Assembly (NCBI GenBank): GCA_963702845.1
Contig: OY969763.1
Coordinates: 1,920,001 to 1,984,000 of the forward strand
DNA from: an uncultured Verrucomicrobiae bacterium
GTDB lineage: Bacteria; Verrucomicrobiota; Verrucomicrobiia; Limisphaerales; Palsa-1400
Length of the DNA stretch: 64,000 nt
Reading direction: 5' to 3'
The translations under genes were made by a program, and so were the position numbers. Below, piece by piece: positions 10,835-21,269 of this stretch (position 1 is its first letter; each line of letters opens with the position of its first letter). The notes below the pieces were generated by a model. It made no database searches, was not told the DNA's origin, and saw only the letters and a list, made by a program, of their open reading frames with translations.

Positions 10835-10879
10835 ATTGCGGCGAACCTTCGCACCAAACGTTACGCAGCGGATTAAAGG

Positions 10880-11938
10880 TTAATTACGACGCATATTGTA
10901 CCCTCCAAAAAGACTTATCACAGCGCCGATAACCAACAAAATTGTTTTATAGAATTTCCATGATTCTGGTTTAATCGGACAAAGCCGATTCACCAACTTG
11001 ATGTTTTCATCGAGCAGTTCTTGGCCGCCCGGAGTAATCTGCGAAAAATTATTTGCATTGTCATATTTAATCGATCCGGGTTTGTGGACAGGTACAAAAT
11101 AACTGGCGGTCACGTTTGAATTAACGAGAACTCTCAAGATGTTTATGGTGGTTACTTGAACGTCCGATTGATCTTTAATGGCTGGATTAGGAAAGATATA
11201 CCGCGTTAGCTTGTTCGGAAGCCAGATGTCGGGGGCAATTTCAGCAACACTGTCCGTGGTCAGTCTTTGGGTCAAAAGCCGCTTTCCTGTAGAGTGCCAT
11301 TCTCGCTGCATAACGCACATCCCCTTGTTCGTTGCCACCCAGATTGTATCGGTTCCATTTTGATCCAATAAGATGCACGTTTCGTTACTGATTTTTTCCG
11401 TTCGCGACAAGAGGTTATAATTTGTCGAAACGAGGGCAGATTCCAGCAGTAAGAATGAACCTGGAACGTCAGCTCGGATGACGTACTGTTTTGCTGGCCA
11501 TTTCGGAACAAACAGTAGGAGCACATCGTTTGGCAATGAGCCGGGAATGTCATCGCTTATGTGTATCTGCCCCTCGTCATACGCTCGGCCAAAGGTCCAG
11601 CGGTGACATGTCTGCCCTCTTGAAAGAAAAAACTCTTGGGCGAATGGATCTTGCTGCCAGCTGTAATCGTCAGTGAAGTGAGCACCTAAATGGTAGACAC
11701 AACCTGATTCAGTTGCCGCCATGATTCTATGGACGGGCAACATCGTAGTCGAATGACTAATTGGTGTCGCCTCATATTCGACTAGCCAGCGGCTTATCGG
11801 CTGCCACGATCGGATTAGTTGCGCCGCGACCGTCGTGCGGCCAACGCTAGTTGTTTGGTTATCTTCTCTCGCGGCGGCCGTGATGCCGAAGCACAAGATC
11901 AACGTGCTGGCTAATACACATAGAAGAGTTGATTTCAC
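10880..11938 (-). CDS. Exported protein with C-terminal TM anchor, possibly LolA/sorting-protein-like beta fold
   Basis: Signal peptide; EKISNETCILL, TIWVATNKGMCV and EIAPDIWLP motifs; C-terminal TM plus basic tail. Confidence 0.65.
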   Translation of the reverse strand: MKSTLLCVLASTLILCFGITAAAREDNQTTSVGRTTVAAQLIRSWQPISRWLVEYEATPISHSTTMLPVHRIMAATESGCVYHLGAHFTDDYSWQQDPFAQEFFLSRGQTCHRWTFGRAYDEGQIHISDDIPGSLPNDVLLLFVPKWPAKQYVIRADVPGSFLLLESALVSTNYNLLSRTEKISNETCILLDQNGTDTIWVATNKGMCVMQREWHSTGKRLLTQRLTTDSVAEIAPDIWLPNKLTRYIFPNPAIKDQSDVQVTTINILRVLVNSNVTASYFVPVHKPGSIKYDNANNFSQITPGGQELLDENIKLVNRLCPIKPESWKFYKTILLVIGAVISLFGGYNMRRN

Positions 11939-11945
11939 GGCGCAG

Positions 11946-13199
11946 CTATTTTCTGTGGCTGGCGTGACGACGGATGTAAACTATCACGATAATGGCAGTT
12001 ACAATGATAATATTGAGCCAAAACCATTTCGAAGCACGATTCGATCCAAGATCATGCATCACACCTTTCGCTGCATTCTTCAAAGTGATCGATCCCGCAG
12101 GAATCTCGTACGTGACTGGCTTTTCTGGATCCGTTCGGTCATCAATCAGCGTTCCAGGTTGTTTGTAGTCGAGAGCAAACCCAGATGGTGCAATGTTTGA
12201 GAAGCTTACCGATGTTAGTTCCGTTGTAACTGTCTGCAATGGTTGGTCACTAAATTCGAACAATGTGTTTTCTCCGGTATAATACTGCAATTCACAAACG
12301 GTCGGTAGCCAAAGATTTTTTTCGGTATAAAGTTTCCAACCACTGCACTCCAACAAAGATATTCGATCTCCTTTTAGCGTACGCTCTTCGCGACGGACCG
12401 TGCCATATTGTCGCGACGGATCCAGCGTAAATTTGACAAGCCGCTTTGGAGGCGCGGATCGCATCGCCTCCAATCTGCGCAGGCGGCGTTCGATCGTATC
12501 GCGGTCCAAGTGTTGATCTTCGAGATCCGATCGTTCACGATCCATATCCAAGTGCCTTGCCCCCTCTAACACTCGATCCGGAATAACTATGGATATGTAA
12601 AGAAGATCCCCTGTCGGCTTAACTTCCTGAATGTCGCCAATCATGACATCGTGAAGAACTTCCGAATCGAGAAATTTACTATTTAAATCAGCGATCCGTT
12701 GAGGAACGAAAAGTCCCGCCATTTGCAAGTAGGGGAACCCAAATAGATCAGTCCTGTAGTAATCAGGATCAAATTTATTCGTTGCCATATATTTTGTTAC
12801 GAATGCCGGATTGCGGCTTCCGGCAGGTCGCTCGGGATCTCCAAAATAGAACAGTTCTCCATCATATGCCTCTTCGTGGACAGCCGACTCTCCGTTATCC
12901 AACTTACAACTAATCCGCTGAAAGAATCGATTTCCGCCGAATCGTGCATCGTAGGAGTTTGTGGCGGTGGCTGGTCGGTTTTTGAACGAACGAGTAACCG
13001 AATACTCGAACTGCACTATGCCCATCGCATCTGCCACTCTGCGTAACGATTGTTCAACAGAGCTTGGAAGCGTGTTGGTTTGCCACTTATCTGCGGCTAA
13101 TCCTGTGTAAAATGGAGTAATCAGGACGGCCCAAACTACAAAGACAATGCCCGTGCGTCTCAAATTGGATTTCGAAAGCCCTTCAAAAATATTGTTCAT
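11946..13199 (-). CDS. Exported protein with C-terminal TM anchor, same architecture as its neighbour
   Basis: Signal-like N-terminus; EEAYDGE, FTLDPSRQY, NLWLPT and PGTLIDD motifs; C-terminal TM plus RRH. Confidence 0.65.
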   Translation of the reverse strand: MNNIFEGLSKSNLRRTGIVFVVWAVLITPFYTGLAADKWQTNTLPSSVEQSLRRVADAMGIVQFEYSVTRSFKNRPATATNSYDARFGGNRFFQRISCKLDNGESAVHEEAYDGELFYFGDPERPAGSRNPAFVTKYMATNKFDPDYYRTDLFGFPYLQMAGLFVPQRIADLNSKFLDSEVLHDVMIGDIQEVKPTGDLLYISIVIPDRVLEGARHLDMDRERSDLEDQHLDRDTIERRLRRLEAMRSAPPKRLVKFTLDPSRQYGTVRREERTLKGDRISLLECSGWKLYTEKNLWLPTVCELQYYTGENTLFEFSDQPLQTVTTELTSVSFSNIAPSGFALDYKQPGTLIDDRTDPEKPVTYEIPAGSITLKNAAKGVMHDLGSNRASKWFWLNIIIVTAIIVIVYIRRHASHRK

Positions 13200-13795
13200 T
13201 TTGCAAAATTTTTTGTTTCCTTCGTACCGCGGCGAACCAACAAACCAGTAAGAATGCAGACTGCTATTATCACAGCGGCCAGCGTGACGCTATTTGCGGA
13301 CCAAAATGTTGGAGACAATGCGTAACCATCCCAGATTCGCCGAAAGTCCTCAAGGTCGATGGATTGAAAAGTTGCAGATGGTCCGTTCATAAAGTAAACA
13401 AGGCCGTTGTTCACAGATAGCAGCAATAGGAAAGCTCCGGCATCTGGAGTGTCCCCATCAACATGGACGATCACTGGCATTGACACGGAATCGAGATCTT
13501 TTATAGACAGTCGAACCGTCCGCAACTGAACTCCGTGTTTGGCTGCCATAAGGCAAAGCATCTTTGCATCGTGGGAGTGCGTCCTCGTGATTTGGTTTTG
13601 TTCAGCAACCAATTGCTCGTAGGAGCAGGATTTACCAATAACGCCAAGATAACAATACAAAACGTTAATCCCGCCGTTTTGTACGCATCGCCATGGAGCG
13701 GGCGAAGGCGCAGCAGTAGCATTGTCTAATAGGCCGTTTGCCGCTGCGATTCCAACTAATAAACAAAGCAGAAGTCTAAACAAACATTTCAACAT
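13196..13795 (-). CDS. C39-peptidase-like protein with degenerate catalytic triad; signal peptide and C-terminal TM
   Basis: Aligns with its neighbour (MPVIVHV, FRRIWDGYAL) but has NGGIN for CG, GAF for HF and MNG for LDG. Confidence 0.75.
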   Translation of the reverse strand: MLKCLFRLLLCLLVGIAAANGLLDNATAAPSPAPWRCVQNGGINVLYCYLGVIGKSCSYEQLVAEQNQITRTHSHDAKMLCLMAAKHGVQLRTVRLSIKDLDSVSMPVIVHVDGDTPDAGAFLLLLSVNNGLVYFMNGPSATFQSIDLEDFRRIWDGYALSPTFWSANSVTLAAVIIAVCILTGLLVRRGTKETKNFAK

Positions 13796-14388
13796 AACGC
13801 GTCGACGCGGGTTTTTGTCAGATAGGACAAAATCAAGACAGCAGTAATGTTGAATAGGCTCAAAAATATGGCTTCCAAGTGAAGTTGAGACAGGCGAGTG
13901 GTGCCGTCGTTACTAGTAAGGGCGTAGCCAGTCCAAAAGTTTGGCAAACGAGATTTTAGACCGGAAATTACAGCTCCCGTCGTGCCATCAAGAACATAAA
14001 ACCTCTTATTGTCTACCCGATACAGAACATCAAAATGATATTGCGTAAGCCACGTTCCGGAATTCTTGACCTGGAGGATCGCGGGCAATGGGACAGTATC
14101 TACATCATTCACATCAAATTTTCGAACTGAAGATTGCACCCCAAATCGCCTAGTTGTTTTACATAAATCCCCCAATGACGCGCCTTCGCCAGTTACTGGG
14201 ATGGTCTCGATTTGCGAATAATCAACGTCCTGCCCTTGCAACGTTAACAGCAAGTAGAGCGCGCTATGGCCACACTTTAAGAATTCATAATACCTAGAAG
14301 TTGCATCGTGCTGAGCCGCCTTCACAGGGAAGACAAGTCCCAACAACACAACTAATCCTACCATTGCTCTTAAAATAGAGGATCGCAC
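13789..14388 (-). CDS. Stand-alone cysteine peptidase family C39; signal peptide and C-terminal TM
   Basis: KCGHSAL (Cys), GASLGDL, PLPAIL, YHFDVL (His), VLDG (Asp), FWTGYAL. GTG start. Confidence 0.85.
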   Translation of the reverse strand: MRSSILRAMVGLVVLLGLVFPVKAAQHDATSRYYEFLKCGHSALYLLLTLQGQDVDYSQIETIPVTGEGASLGDLCKTTRRFGVQSSVRKFDVNDVDTVPLPAILQVKNSGTWLTQYHFDVLYRVDNKRFYVLDGTTGAVISGLKSRLPNFWTGYALTSNDGTTRLSQLHLEAIFLSLFNITAVLILSYLTKTRVDALC

Positions 14389-14450
14389 CGAGATGCATTA
14401 TCGTGCAGTGCCGCAGGAATTGCGGCAACTGCGCTACTTTAACATCGCTA

Positions 14451-14789
14451 TTAATTATGGCAGATCGAGATGTTGAAGTTGCAACTGGTACAATTATCAG
14501 AAGAACCACACGATGCGGTGGTACCAGTTACATTGTGAGCCATGTCACCACTTTCTTTTCTGTTAGCGCTATATCCCGAGAGATAGACCTGGCTCGCTGC
14601 CCGTCCTGAACACCCGCCATTCATTGTGCAATTCTTCGAATGGTAGCCCGTACACCCACCTCGTAACGTTGCAGCATCTGCCTCCGATACTAAGGTGCCA
14701 GCCTGTTTTGGCAACACCCATGTTATGAGTGCCAAGGCCACCGCTATCGCACAACTAGATTTCACCGCTTTTGTCTTTAGGCTTATCAT
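14451..14789 (-). CDS. Cys-rich peptide precursor with hydrophobic signal and double-glycine leader
   Basis: Basic/hydrophobic N-terminus, then LVSEADAATLRGG, then a 67 aa core with 7 Cys. Adjacent to a C39 peptidase. Confidence 0.8.
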   Translation of the reverse strand: MISLKTKAVKSSCAIAVALALITWVLPKQAGTLVSEADAATLRGGCTGYHSKNCTMNGGCSGRAASQVYLSGYSANRKESGDMAHNVTGTTASCGSSDNCTSCNFNISICHN

Positions 14790-14798
14790 AGCATTTAT

Positions 14799-15980
14799 CT
14801 ATTTACCTGCATTTCCTGTTTGTTCTCTTCCGGTACGACCAATACGTAACGGAAGTTCATTGGTCTGCTTCGTACAATTTCGCAATTCCGGCCACAATGT
14901 TTGAACTCGCGCAGCATGTGTTAGCGGACATATCCAAGAGGCCTCACGGACCACATTGGTCTCAGTCAACGCTCGCGCCAGCCAAAGTGCCGCCTTGCGC
15001 AGGGCGCTTACACAGGTCTGTTGTTTTTCGGTCGGCAAAAGAGCCATCGTTTCCAAAAGGTGACCGGTAATTAATACCTTTACTTGTAATGTCTCATCCG
15101 AAGTGTTGTCAACTGTATTTAATGCCGACCAATGTGCCCCCCAACTCCCGTCATTGTTTTGCGTCTCAATGATGTCGTTTATCCGCGAGTCTATATACTG
15201 TTCGAGGTGCTGACGAGACGTCTTATTCAGCAAATGATAGTTGGCGTCTGAGCGCGCAATCCGAAGGATTGCTTGAAACATGTGTGTGCCGGCGCAACTT
15301 TCTGAGTTAAGGTCTTTCGTAATCAGTCTGTCAACTAATTGGTCAAACGAAGTTGTTTCTGAAAATCGATTCTTCCACTCTTTTGCTGGTGGTACATACG
15401 TCGCGAATGCCATGGCCGTCCATGCGAGCTCCTTTTGATCTAACGTAAACGTTGCAATCGACTCATTCAGTAAATCGCGTACAGCCAATGTTTCTCGGTT
15501 TACATGAATCGGCGTCGACAAGGGCAAGTTGATCGTCGCGAATGTGGACAGACATTGATCGCGGTGGGATTCGCCGACCGACGTACCGAATAACGGGTCG
15601 TTAACAAGGAAATATCGAACGCCATTTCGCGTGCGAATGAATGGCACCGTTCCGAAAGTTGCTCTTGCAGAGCTCTCATCCGTGAGCGCTTTTATCGCAG
15701 TATCGCCATTTGGCAGGCCGGATAGGTCAGTTTTGCTATGACCGTAAAGGAGCAATACATGACATAGACCCGACACGGAAACGCGATTTGTTTGCCAGAC
15801 CCACGCCAAGGTGGGACAATAATTGGTGGAATTCTCAGCCAGCGCCGGAAGGAAAAAAACAAATACTAACATACAAATAACAACGCGAGTCAGGAGCCTT
15901 CCGCCTGCTCGCAATTTGTGAAATAAACGCCCTCGATGGAAACATGAAATGTTTGTTTCTCGATCGGGGTGGTTGTTCAA
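14799..15980 (-). CDS. Exported alpha/alpha-toroid (prenyltransferase/squalene-cyclase repeat-like) protein
   Basis: Signal-like segment; QNNDGSWG QW-type motif; SHRDQ, CAGTH, TGHLLE and CPLTH motifs. Start uncertain. Confidence 0.65.
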   Translation of the reverse strand: MNNHPDRETNISCFHRGRLFHKLRAGGRLLTRVVICMLVFVFFLPALAENSTNYCPTLAWVWQTNRVSVSGLCHVLLLYGHSKTDLSGLPNGDTAIKALTDESSARATFGTVPFIRTRNGVRYFLVNDPLFGTSVGESHRDQCLSTFATINLPLSTPIHVNRETLAVRDLLNESIATFTLDQKELAWTAMAFATYVPPAKEWKNRFSETTSFDQLVDRLITKDLNSESCAGTHMFQAILRIARSDANYHLLNKTSRQHLEQYIDSRINDIIETQNNDGSWGAHWSALNTVDNTSDETLQVKVLITGHLLETMALLPTEKQQTCVSALRKAALWLARALTETNVVREASWICPLTHAARVQTLWPELRNCTKQTNELPLRIGRTGREQTGNAGK

Positions 15981-16370
15981 GCTGTTATTCGATGGATCGC
16001 CCAGTCAAAGGATCCTTATAGCTCGACCGCAAACAGTCAATAAAATTCAACCCACAGGATTCGTACCCGTATCTTCCCGGCTATTCAGAAACGCACAACG
16101 TTGAGACAAATCTCACTGTAAATACTTGCAACATGACGTCGCCGTACTCTTAATATTTTCGATGTCTGTAATAAAAAATGGTGCCCTTCTGAATCGGTCT
16201 GTTTCGCGATTACGGACTCCTCGACAAATATGAGATCGACTTATATACGTATTGGGTGCAAGGCTGCTGAGTTCGACAGCAGACCTGATACGAATTAGTT
16301 ATAACAAATCAGATACGTTTGTTTAATCGAGACGGCTAGTGGATATTCTAACAGAGCCAACCCTGTTCAA

Positions 16371-17981
16371 ATGCGCATCGGATTTTTTACAGGCTTCTTT
16401 TTTTCGCTTCTTTTGGGAGGCTTGGTGTGGGCTAAATCAAACGACAGATTCGTTCGCCACTGCTTTACGTGTCGAACGCACGGAGTTGATATTTCGGGCC
16501 TCGCAATTACCCCAAAAGGCTGTCAACGCGCGCCAGTGATATTCTATCTGCATGGAAGTGGAGGTAGCGCGCTCGACAGCGGATCGACGCTACGGCAGTT
16601 TGCTGAAGTCGGATTGACCGCGGTTGATTTCGATTACACCAAATCAGCCAATGCCGAGGCGTTCGCATTGGAACTGACCAGCGTTTGGGACCTGATCCAA
16701 CGACAGGAATGGGCAAACACCAATCATTTCGCATGGATTGGATCGAGTTTAGGAGCGCAGAATTTATTGATTCACTGGCTCAGCACGAATTCTCCTAAAC
16801 CAGATCTTTTTGTCAGGATGAGCGGGGGAATTGTTGACGAAATCAAGGCCGGAGCGCTTGCGCAGCATGGTGAATGTCGCATAAAAACGCAGGTTTTGCT
16901 TGTGCATGGCACGAGTGACTCGGTTTTTTCGATCCACGAAGCTGAGCTAGTCGCCATGTTCTTGCAAAGCAATGGCGTACCTGTGGATTTAAAATCTTTA
17001 CCTTCCCTCCCACACTCCTTTGGGGATGACAGGCGCGTCGTTATTCGTGCAATCGCCGAATGGTGCAAGGCTAAACTCACGCCAGAGCAACCGCTGCCAG
17101 AATTTCCAAGGCTAAGGCCGTATCGTCCTTGGATCTGCATATTGCCTGCGCTTGCGTGGGTCGTAGGTTGGAATTGGGGGAGGGTAACAAAGAGGCAAAT
17201 ATCAGCAACTACCAACGTCAATTTTTGGAATGCGCCAATACACGATTCGTCGACGGCGATCGCCGATGAAAAGTTAACGAAATGGGAACTTGGTTTACGC
17301 ATCGTAGCTGTTGCGATCGCATTTTGGGTCGTTGTTTTAATAGCGCTCCACCTGATTACACCGAAGCTGGAAATTTCTCCTCGAACGGTGAATATCGCAC
17401 GCAAGCATTTGATAAGGCCTGAATGGACGGAAGATTTCGACACGCTTGCCACAAGGCCTATCTGGCGCGGACAACAACTTAATGCGTTGCTCACCAACAT
17501 CGAGTTAGCACATTACACCGTAAGTGAACTTGTGAATTGGAAAGTAGATACGAATACGAGAACTTATCGTGATTACGTGCTGTCGCCCGTTATCGACGAG
17601 CCCCCAAAACCGGAAGCGCATAGCTCACAACCGCGTGCCACGAACTCAACGCCCGCGGAATTAACGTGGCGAAGAGACCTCTGGGAGAACTTCTGGCCCC
17701 GCGTGCGGCACGAAAACAGCGCAGAAACTGCTGCCCAGAGTGTCGCCCGATTTCTTCGGGAGCGTGTCACAATTGCACCGAACTTTCCGAAACAAGCGGG
17801 CGTTGAATCAATTTGGCGCAGTCAGATTGCGAACCTAGACGATTTCGACCTTGTCTATGTCGCTGCGCTGCGTTCAGTCGGCGTCCCTGCTCGGCTAGCT
17901 GATAATCATCATGCCGAATTCTGTTCCGGCACGGAATGGCATGAGGCACCGCGCCCATTAATCACAACGTGGACTGAATAG
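16371..17981 (+). CDS. Alpha/beta hydrolase fused via two TM helices to a transglutaminase-like domain
   Basis: YLHGSGG, GSSLG (Ser), HGTSD (Asp), PHSF (His); C-terminal VAALRSVGVPARL without the usual upstream Cys. Confidence 0.8.
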   Translation: MRIGFFTGFFFSLLLGGLVWAKSNDRFVRHCFTCRTHGVDISGLAITPKGCQRAPVIFYLHGSGGSALDSGSTLRQFAEVGLTAVDFDYTKSANAEAFALELTSVWDLIQRQEWANTNHFAWIGSSLGAQNLLIHWLSTNSPKPDLFVRMSGGIVDEIKAGALAQHGECRIKTQVLLVHGTSDSVFSIHEAELVAMFLQSNGVPVDLKSLPSLPHSFGDDRRVVIRAIAEWCKAKLTPEQPLPEFPRLRPYRPWICILPALAWVVGWNWGRVTKRQISATTNVNFWNAPIHDSSTAIADEKLTKWELGLRIVAVAIAFWVVVLIALHLITPKLEISPRTVNIARKHLIRPEWTEDFDTLATRPIWRGQQLNALLTNIELAHYTVSELVNWKVDTNTRTYRDYVLSPVIDEPPKPEAHSSQPRATNSTPAELTWRRDLWENFWPRVRHENSAETAAQSVARFLRERVTIAPNFPKQAGVESIWRSQIANLDDFDLVYVAALRSVGVPARLADNHHAEFCSGTEWHEAPRPLITTWTE

Positions 17982-17986
17982 ACTAA

Positions 17987-19069
17987 TCAATATTGATTTT
18001 GGAATCTGCAAATGATTTGAGTCACGTTCACAACGCCATTTTGAACGCGTAAACCACTTAATTTCATGTTAAGAATTGCGGCGGAGCAAAGAGTTCTTCG
18101 AATAGTTGTCGCTAATACATCGCCCTGCAAATCTCGTTCCTCGATCATCACAACAACGCCTTCGCTCTCGTAGTATCGGGCATTTTCAACCTGATCGCCA
18201 CGAGTAGCTGACCGTGATAAAGGTATAAGAATGCATATTTTCTTTAGAGCAAGAAGTTCCATAAGGGTCGTCGCCCCTGCGCGGCTTACAACGATATCCG
18301 CCATTGCATATAAGTGTCCAATCTGATCCGTGAAATCGAATTGTGTGTAACCTGGTCTATGGACCCCGATAGTCTTTCCTAGCCCTGTCACATGCACGAC
18401 TTGAAAATCTCGCAGCAAATCATCTAAAGAATCTGCAACAGCTTTGTTAAGGTTCTCTGCCCCGGCGGTTCCGCCGATCACTAGCACGACCGGTTTTCCA
18501 CGAGCCAAACCACAAAGTCTGAACCCTTCCTCCGCACACCCGTCAAACACGTTGTCACGTAAGGGAATTCCTGTGACGTTGATTCTCTTGTGATGGAAAA
18601 ACATTTTTGTAATTGCGTGGGCAACGCAAATTTCGGAGGCGAAGAGGGAGCACAAGCGATTGGCTAGGCCCGGTGTCACGTCAGATTCGTGGATAATGAC
18701 AGGTACACGCAAACACCACGCTACTACAACAACCGGAACTGACATGTAAGCGCCCTTCGAAAAGACGATGTTGGGTCGGATTTTAGCCAACAACAAGAGC
18801 GACTGGATCAATCCATATAATGTGTATGTCCACTCAAAAAGATTTTGCACGGTCCAGTGCCGTCTATATTTGCCAGCTTTGATCGCATAGAAGGGGATTC
18901 CATACTTGTCAGCTAATTGTCGATCGAGACGATTTGTTGATCCGAAGTAAAACACGTCGAAACCGGCGGCAACCAGATGGGGTTTTAACGCCAAATTCGG
19001 TATTATGTGGCCAGCGGTGCCGCCGCCGACCAAAACAACACGAGGTCGACGAGATATGTGTTTATTCAT
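17987..19069 (-). CDS. murG: MurG-like GT28 glycosyltransferase, outside any dcw cluster
   Basis: GGGTAGH, FSKGAYMSVP, HESDVTPGLANR, TGIPLR, VSRAGATT, RGDQVENA. Confidence 0.85.
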   Translation of the reverse strand: MNKHISRRPRVVLVGGGTAGHIIPNLALKPHLVAAGFDVFYFGSTNRLDRQLADKYGIPFYAIKAGKYRRHWTVQNLFEWTYTLYGLIQSLLLLAKIRPNIVFSKGAYMSVPVVVVAWCLRVPVIIHESDVTPGLANRLCSLFASEICVAHAITKMFFHHKRINVTGIPLRDNVFDGCAEEGFRLCGLARGKPVVLVIGGTAGAENLNKAVADSLDDLLRDFQVVHVTGLGKTIGVHRPGYTQFDFTDQIGHLYAMADIVVSRAGATTLMELLALKKICILIPLSRSATRGDQVENARYYESEGVVVMIEERDLQGDVLATTIRRTLCSAAILNMKLSGLRVQNGVVNVTQIICRFQNQY

Positions 19070-19254
19070 TCGGAAGCCACGCTGCATGAAATGATCGTAT
19101 TCTGTGATCAGTGACTCGGCACGGCTTCGATTGACGATAACAAGTGTTGCCCGGCGCGGACAAGTGTGCATCGTTTGGACAGTGTAAAAAGGCTTGTCAC
19201 ATAGCATGGATAGAGATACGAAGGACGCAATTAATTGGCTTGCGAAATCGCAAA

Positions 19255-20055
19255 ATGAACTTGGACCTTTCTCAACTCGCTCCCTGGGCACAGTTCCGAC
19301 GAACTAGCGCCCCATTCGTTCTGCTTTTCGTCGCGTCGATATCTTTATTTGCCGATGGTGTCCCTCTTAAAACTCAGGCTGAGGTCGGCGACGTGCGTGC
19401 TCAGTTTTTAATCGGCAAGAGTCAATTATCTTCTCATTCTTCCCAAGATTGGGTGGACGCTTTCAAATGGTTAACGCTTGCTGCGAATAACAAACATCAA
19501 ACAGCGCAATATTTAATCGCGACGATGCACCTGGAGGGCAAGGGCACAGTAACGAATACAGTAGAAGGCTTTCGTTACGCAAAATCGTCCGCAGAGCAAG
19601 GATATGCACCAGGACAGAGCTTGTTAGGCGAATGTTATATGAATGGCTGGGGAACGTCGCGCGATTCAAAGGCCGCAGCGGAATGGTTCGACAAGGCAGC
19701 GAACCAAGGTCTCGCAGATGCGCAATTCCACCTGGGCAAGATGTACAACAAGGGAAACGGCGTGCCCCAAGATTTTAGCAAAAGCGTCAAGTGGTTGCGC
19801 CGAGCCGCAAACCAAGGACATCAAAAAGCTCAGTCAACATTGCTACAATCGATTCTCGCTGGCGAAGCCGCCGTAGAAAGTGGTGAGATTGATTACGTAG
19901 AAGCTTATCAGTGGGCGACGTTAATCGATAATGATAAATGCCGGAAACAAACTGCGAACAAATTGACCGTGGCGCAACTGACAGCTGCAGCAGAACGTGC
20001 CGCGGATTTTAAGCCGAAGCCGGAATTGGATGTGCATGATGTATCTTCGGACTAG
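19255..20055 (+). CDS. Exported Sel1-repeat protein
   Basis: Repeated AAxQG.xxAQxxLG.xY.xG.GV units after a hydrophobic N-terminus. Confidence 0.9.
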   Translation: MNLDLSQLAPWAQFRRTSAPFVLLFVASISLFADGVPLKTQAEVGDVRAQFLIGKSQLSSHSSQDWVDAFKWLTLAANNKHQTAQYLIATMHLEGKGTVTNTVEGFRYAKSSAEQGYAPGQSLLGECYMNGWGTSRDSKAAAEWFDKAANQGLADAQFHLGKMYNKGNGVPQDFSKSVKWLRRAANQGHQKAQSTLLQSILAGEAAVESGEIDYVEAYQWATLIDNDKCRKQTANKLTVAQLTAAAERAADFKPKPELDVHDVSSD

Positions 20056-20830
20056 CGAAAAAAATGACGGTGAAATCCCAAAGACCGGGGAAGGTTTTAC
20101 ATTAATTGAGCTATTGGTGGTGATCGCAATCCTGGGGATTCTAGCTTCACTGTTACTTCCCGCGTTGGCGAAGAGCAAATCGCGAGCATTGCAAGTGCAA
20201 TGCTTGGGACAAACCAAGCAGCTGGCGCTTGCGCTGCAGATGTACACCCATGACAATAAGGATTGGATGCCTTGGCCTAACTGGGGAAATAAGCTGCAAG
20301 GCTGGTTGTACACGCCCGTTAACGATGATCCACCGAAACTAATCGGACGCCCAGAGGAAGTTTATGCCGGCGGAATGCTTTGGCCTTATGTTAAGGCAGT
20401 TAAAGTTTATTGGTGTCCTTTGGATTATACGAACACTCAATATTTCGCCAAACGTAAGGAGAAGCTGTCCAGCTATATAATGAACGGTGGTATTATGGGT
20501 TATCATAGACGACCGTCGTATGCGAGGACGCATAGGCTTACCGATATGAAACCATCGGCTTATGTAACCTGGGAGCCAAGTGACAATCCTCCTTATGATG
20601 CTGCTCGCGTGTTCAATGACGGTGCGAGTTATCCTACATTCGATGAAGGGCCCAGTCGTCGACATACGTCCGGATGCAATGTCAGTTCATTCGATGGTCA
20701 CGCGGAATACTTAAAGTTTGTTACATTCGTGCAGGAGGGCTCGCAAAAGCCGGGACTGCTATGGTGTGATCCGGATACCGAAGACGGCATGGGAGACAGC
20801 CACGAGCGGAGATGCTCGTTGTGGAAGTAG
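20036..20830 (+). CDS. Prepilin-type N-terminal cleavage/methylation protein with H-x9-DG motif (PVC type)
   Basis: [29 protein letters not shown] and [15 protein letters not shown]. Confidence 0.92.
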   Translation: MMYLRTSEKNDGEIPKTGEGFTLIELLVVIAILGILASLLLPALAKSKSRALQVQCLGQTKQLALALQMYTHDNKDWMPWPNWGNKLQGWLYTPVNDDPPKLIGRPEEVYAGGMLWPYVKAVKVYWCPLDYTNTQYFAKRKEKLSSYIMNGGIMGYHRRPSYARTHRLTDMKPSAYVTWEPSDNPPYDAARVFNDGASYPTFDEGPSRRHTSGCNVSSFDGHAEYLKFVTFVQEGSQKPGLLWCDPDTEDGMGDSHERRCSLWK

Positions 20831-21007
20831 CTGATCCCCAACGTCTAGATTGAAGTCGAAGGCCGGCAGTGCTGCTTCGACAAAGCAAAGTATCCTAAGG
20901 CAAAGCAGATCGGGGTCCAACGTTGCCCCATGGGTTTTATAGACCAAATTAAGTTCGGAATGAGTGACAAAAAACCAACAATGATTCCGGTGTAAATCGA
21001 ACTGTTC

Positions 21008-21214
21008 TTAAGTCGCCAATTTGCATCCCAAGGTTTTCAATTTGGCTCTGTACTCGGCGGATGGCCCTAAGATGCCCGCTTCCCATGCTCTAAAGGTCGT
21101 CGTCAAAACACCCACTTTGATAGCCATTTCGCTCGGTCTGAGCCGTAGGGATAAACGATGGCTTCTAATTTGGTGTCCCAAACTCCCTGGCTGCGGTTTT
21201 GCGGTTTCTGGCAT
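21008..21214 (-). CDS. Small XRE-type HTH protein
   Basis: MPETAKPQPGSLGHQIRSHRL...EMAIKVGV..TTFRAWEAG...PS. Confidence 0.55.
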   Translation of the reverse strand: MPETAKPQPGSLGHQIRSHRLSLRLRPSEMAIKVGVLTTTFRAWEAGILGPSAEYRAKLKTLGCKLAT

Positions 21215-21269
21215 GATATTGGCGGATCGGAACATCCTCGCGAGGTAGGCGAATAGTGCGGTGTGCAAT

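Noticed and set aside
16772..17500. 242 aa minus-strand ORF, representative of many antisense ORFs in the track
   Set aside because: Shadow of a well-supported gene on the opposite strand, with no motifs of its own.
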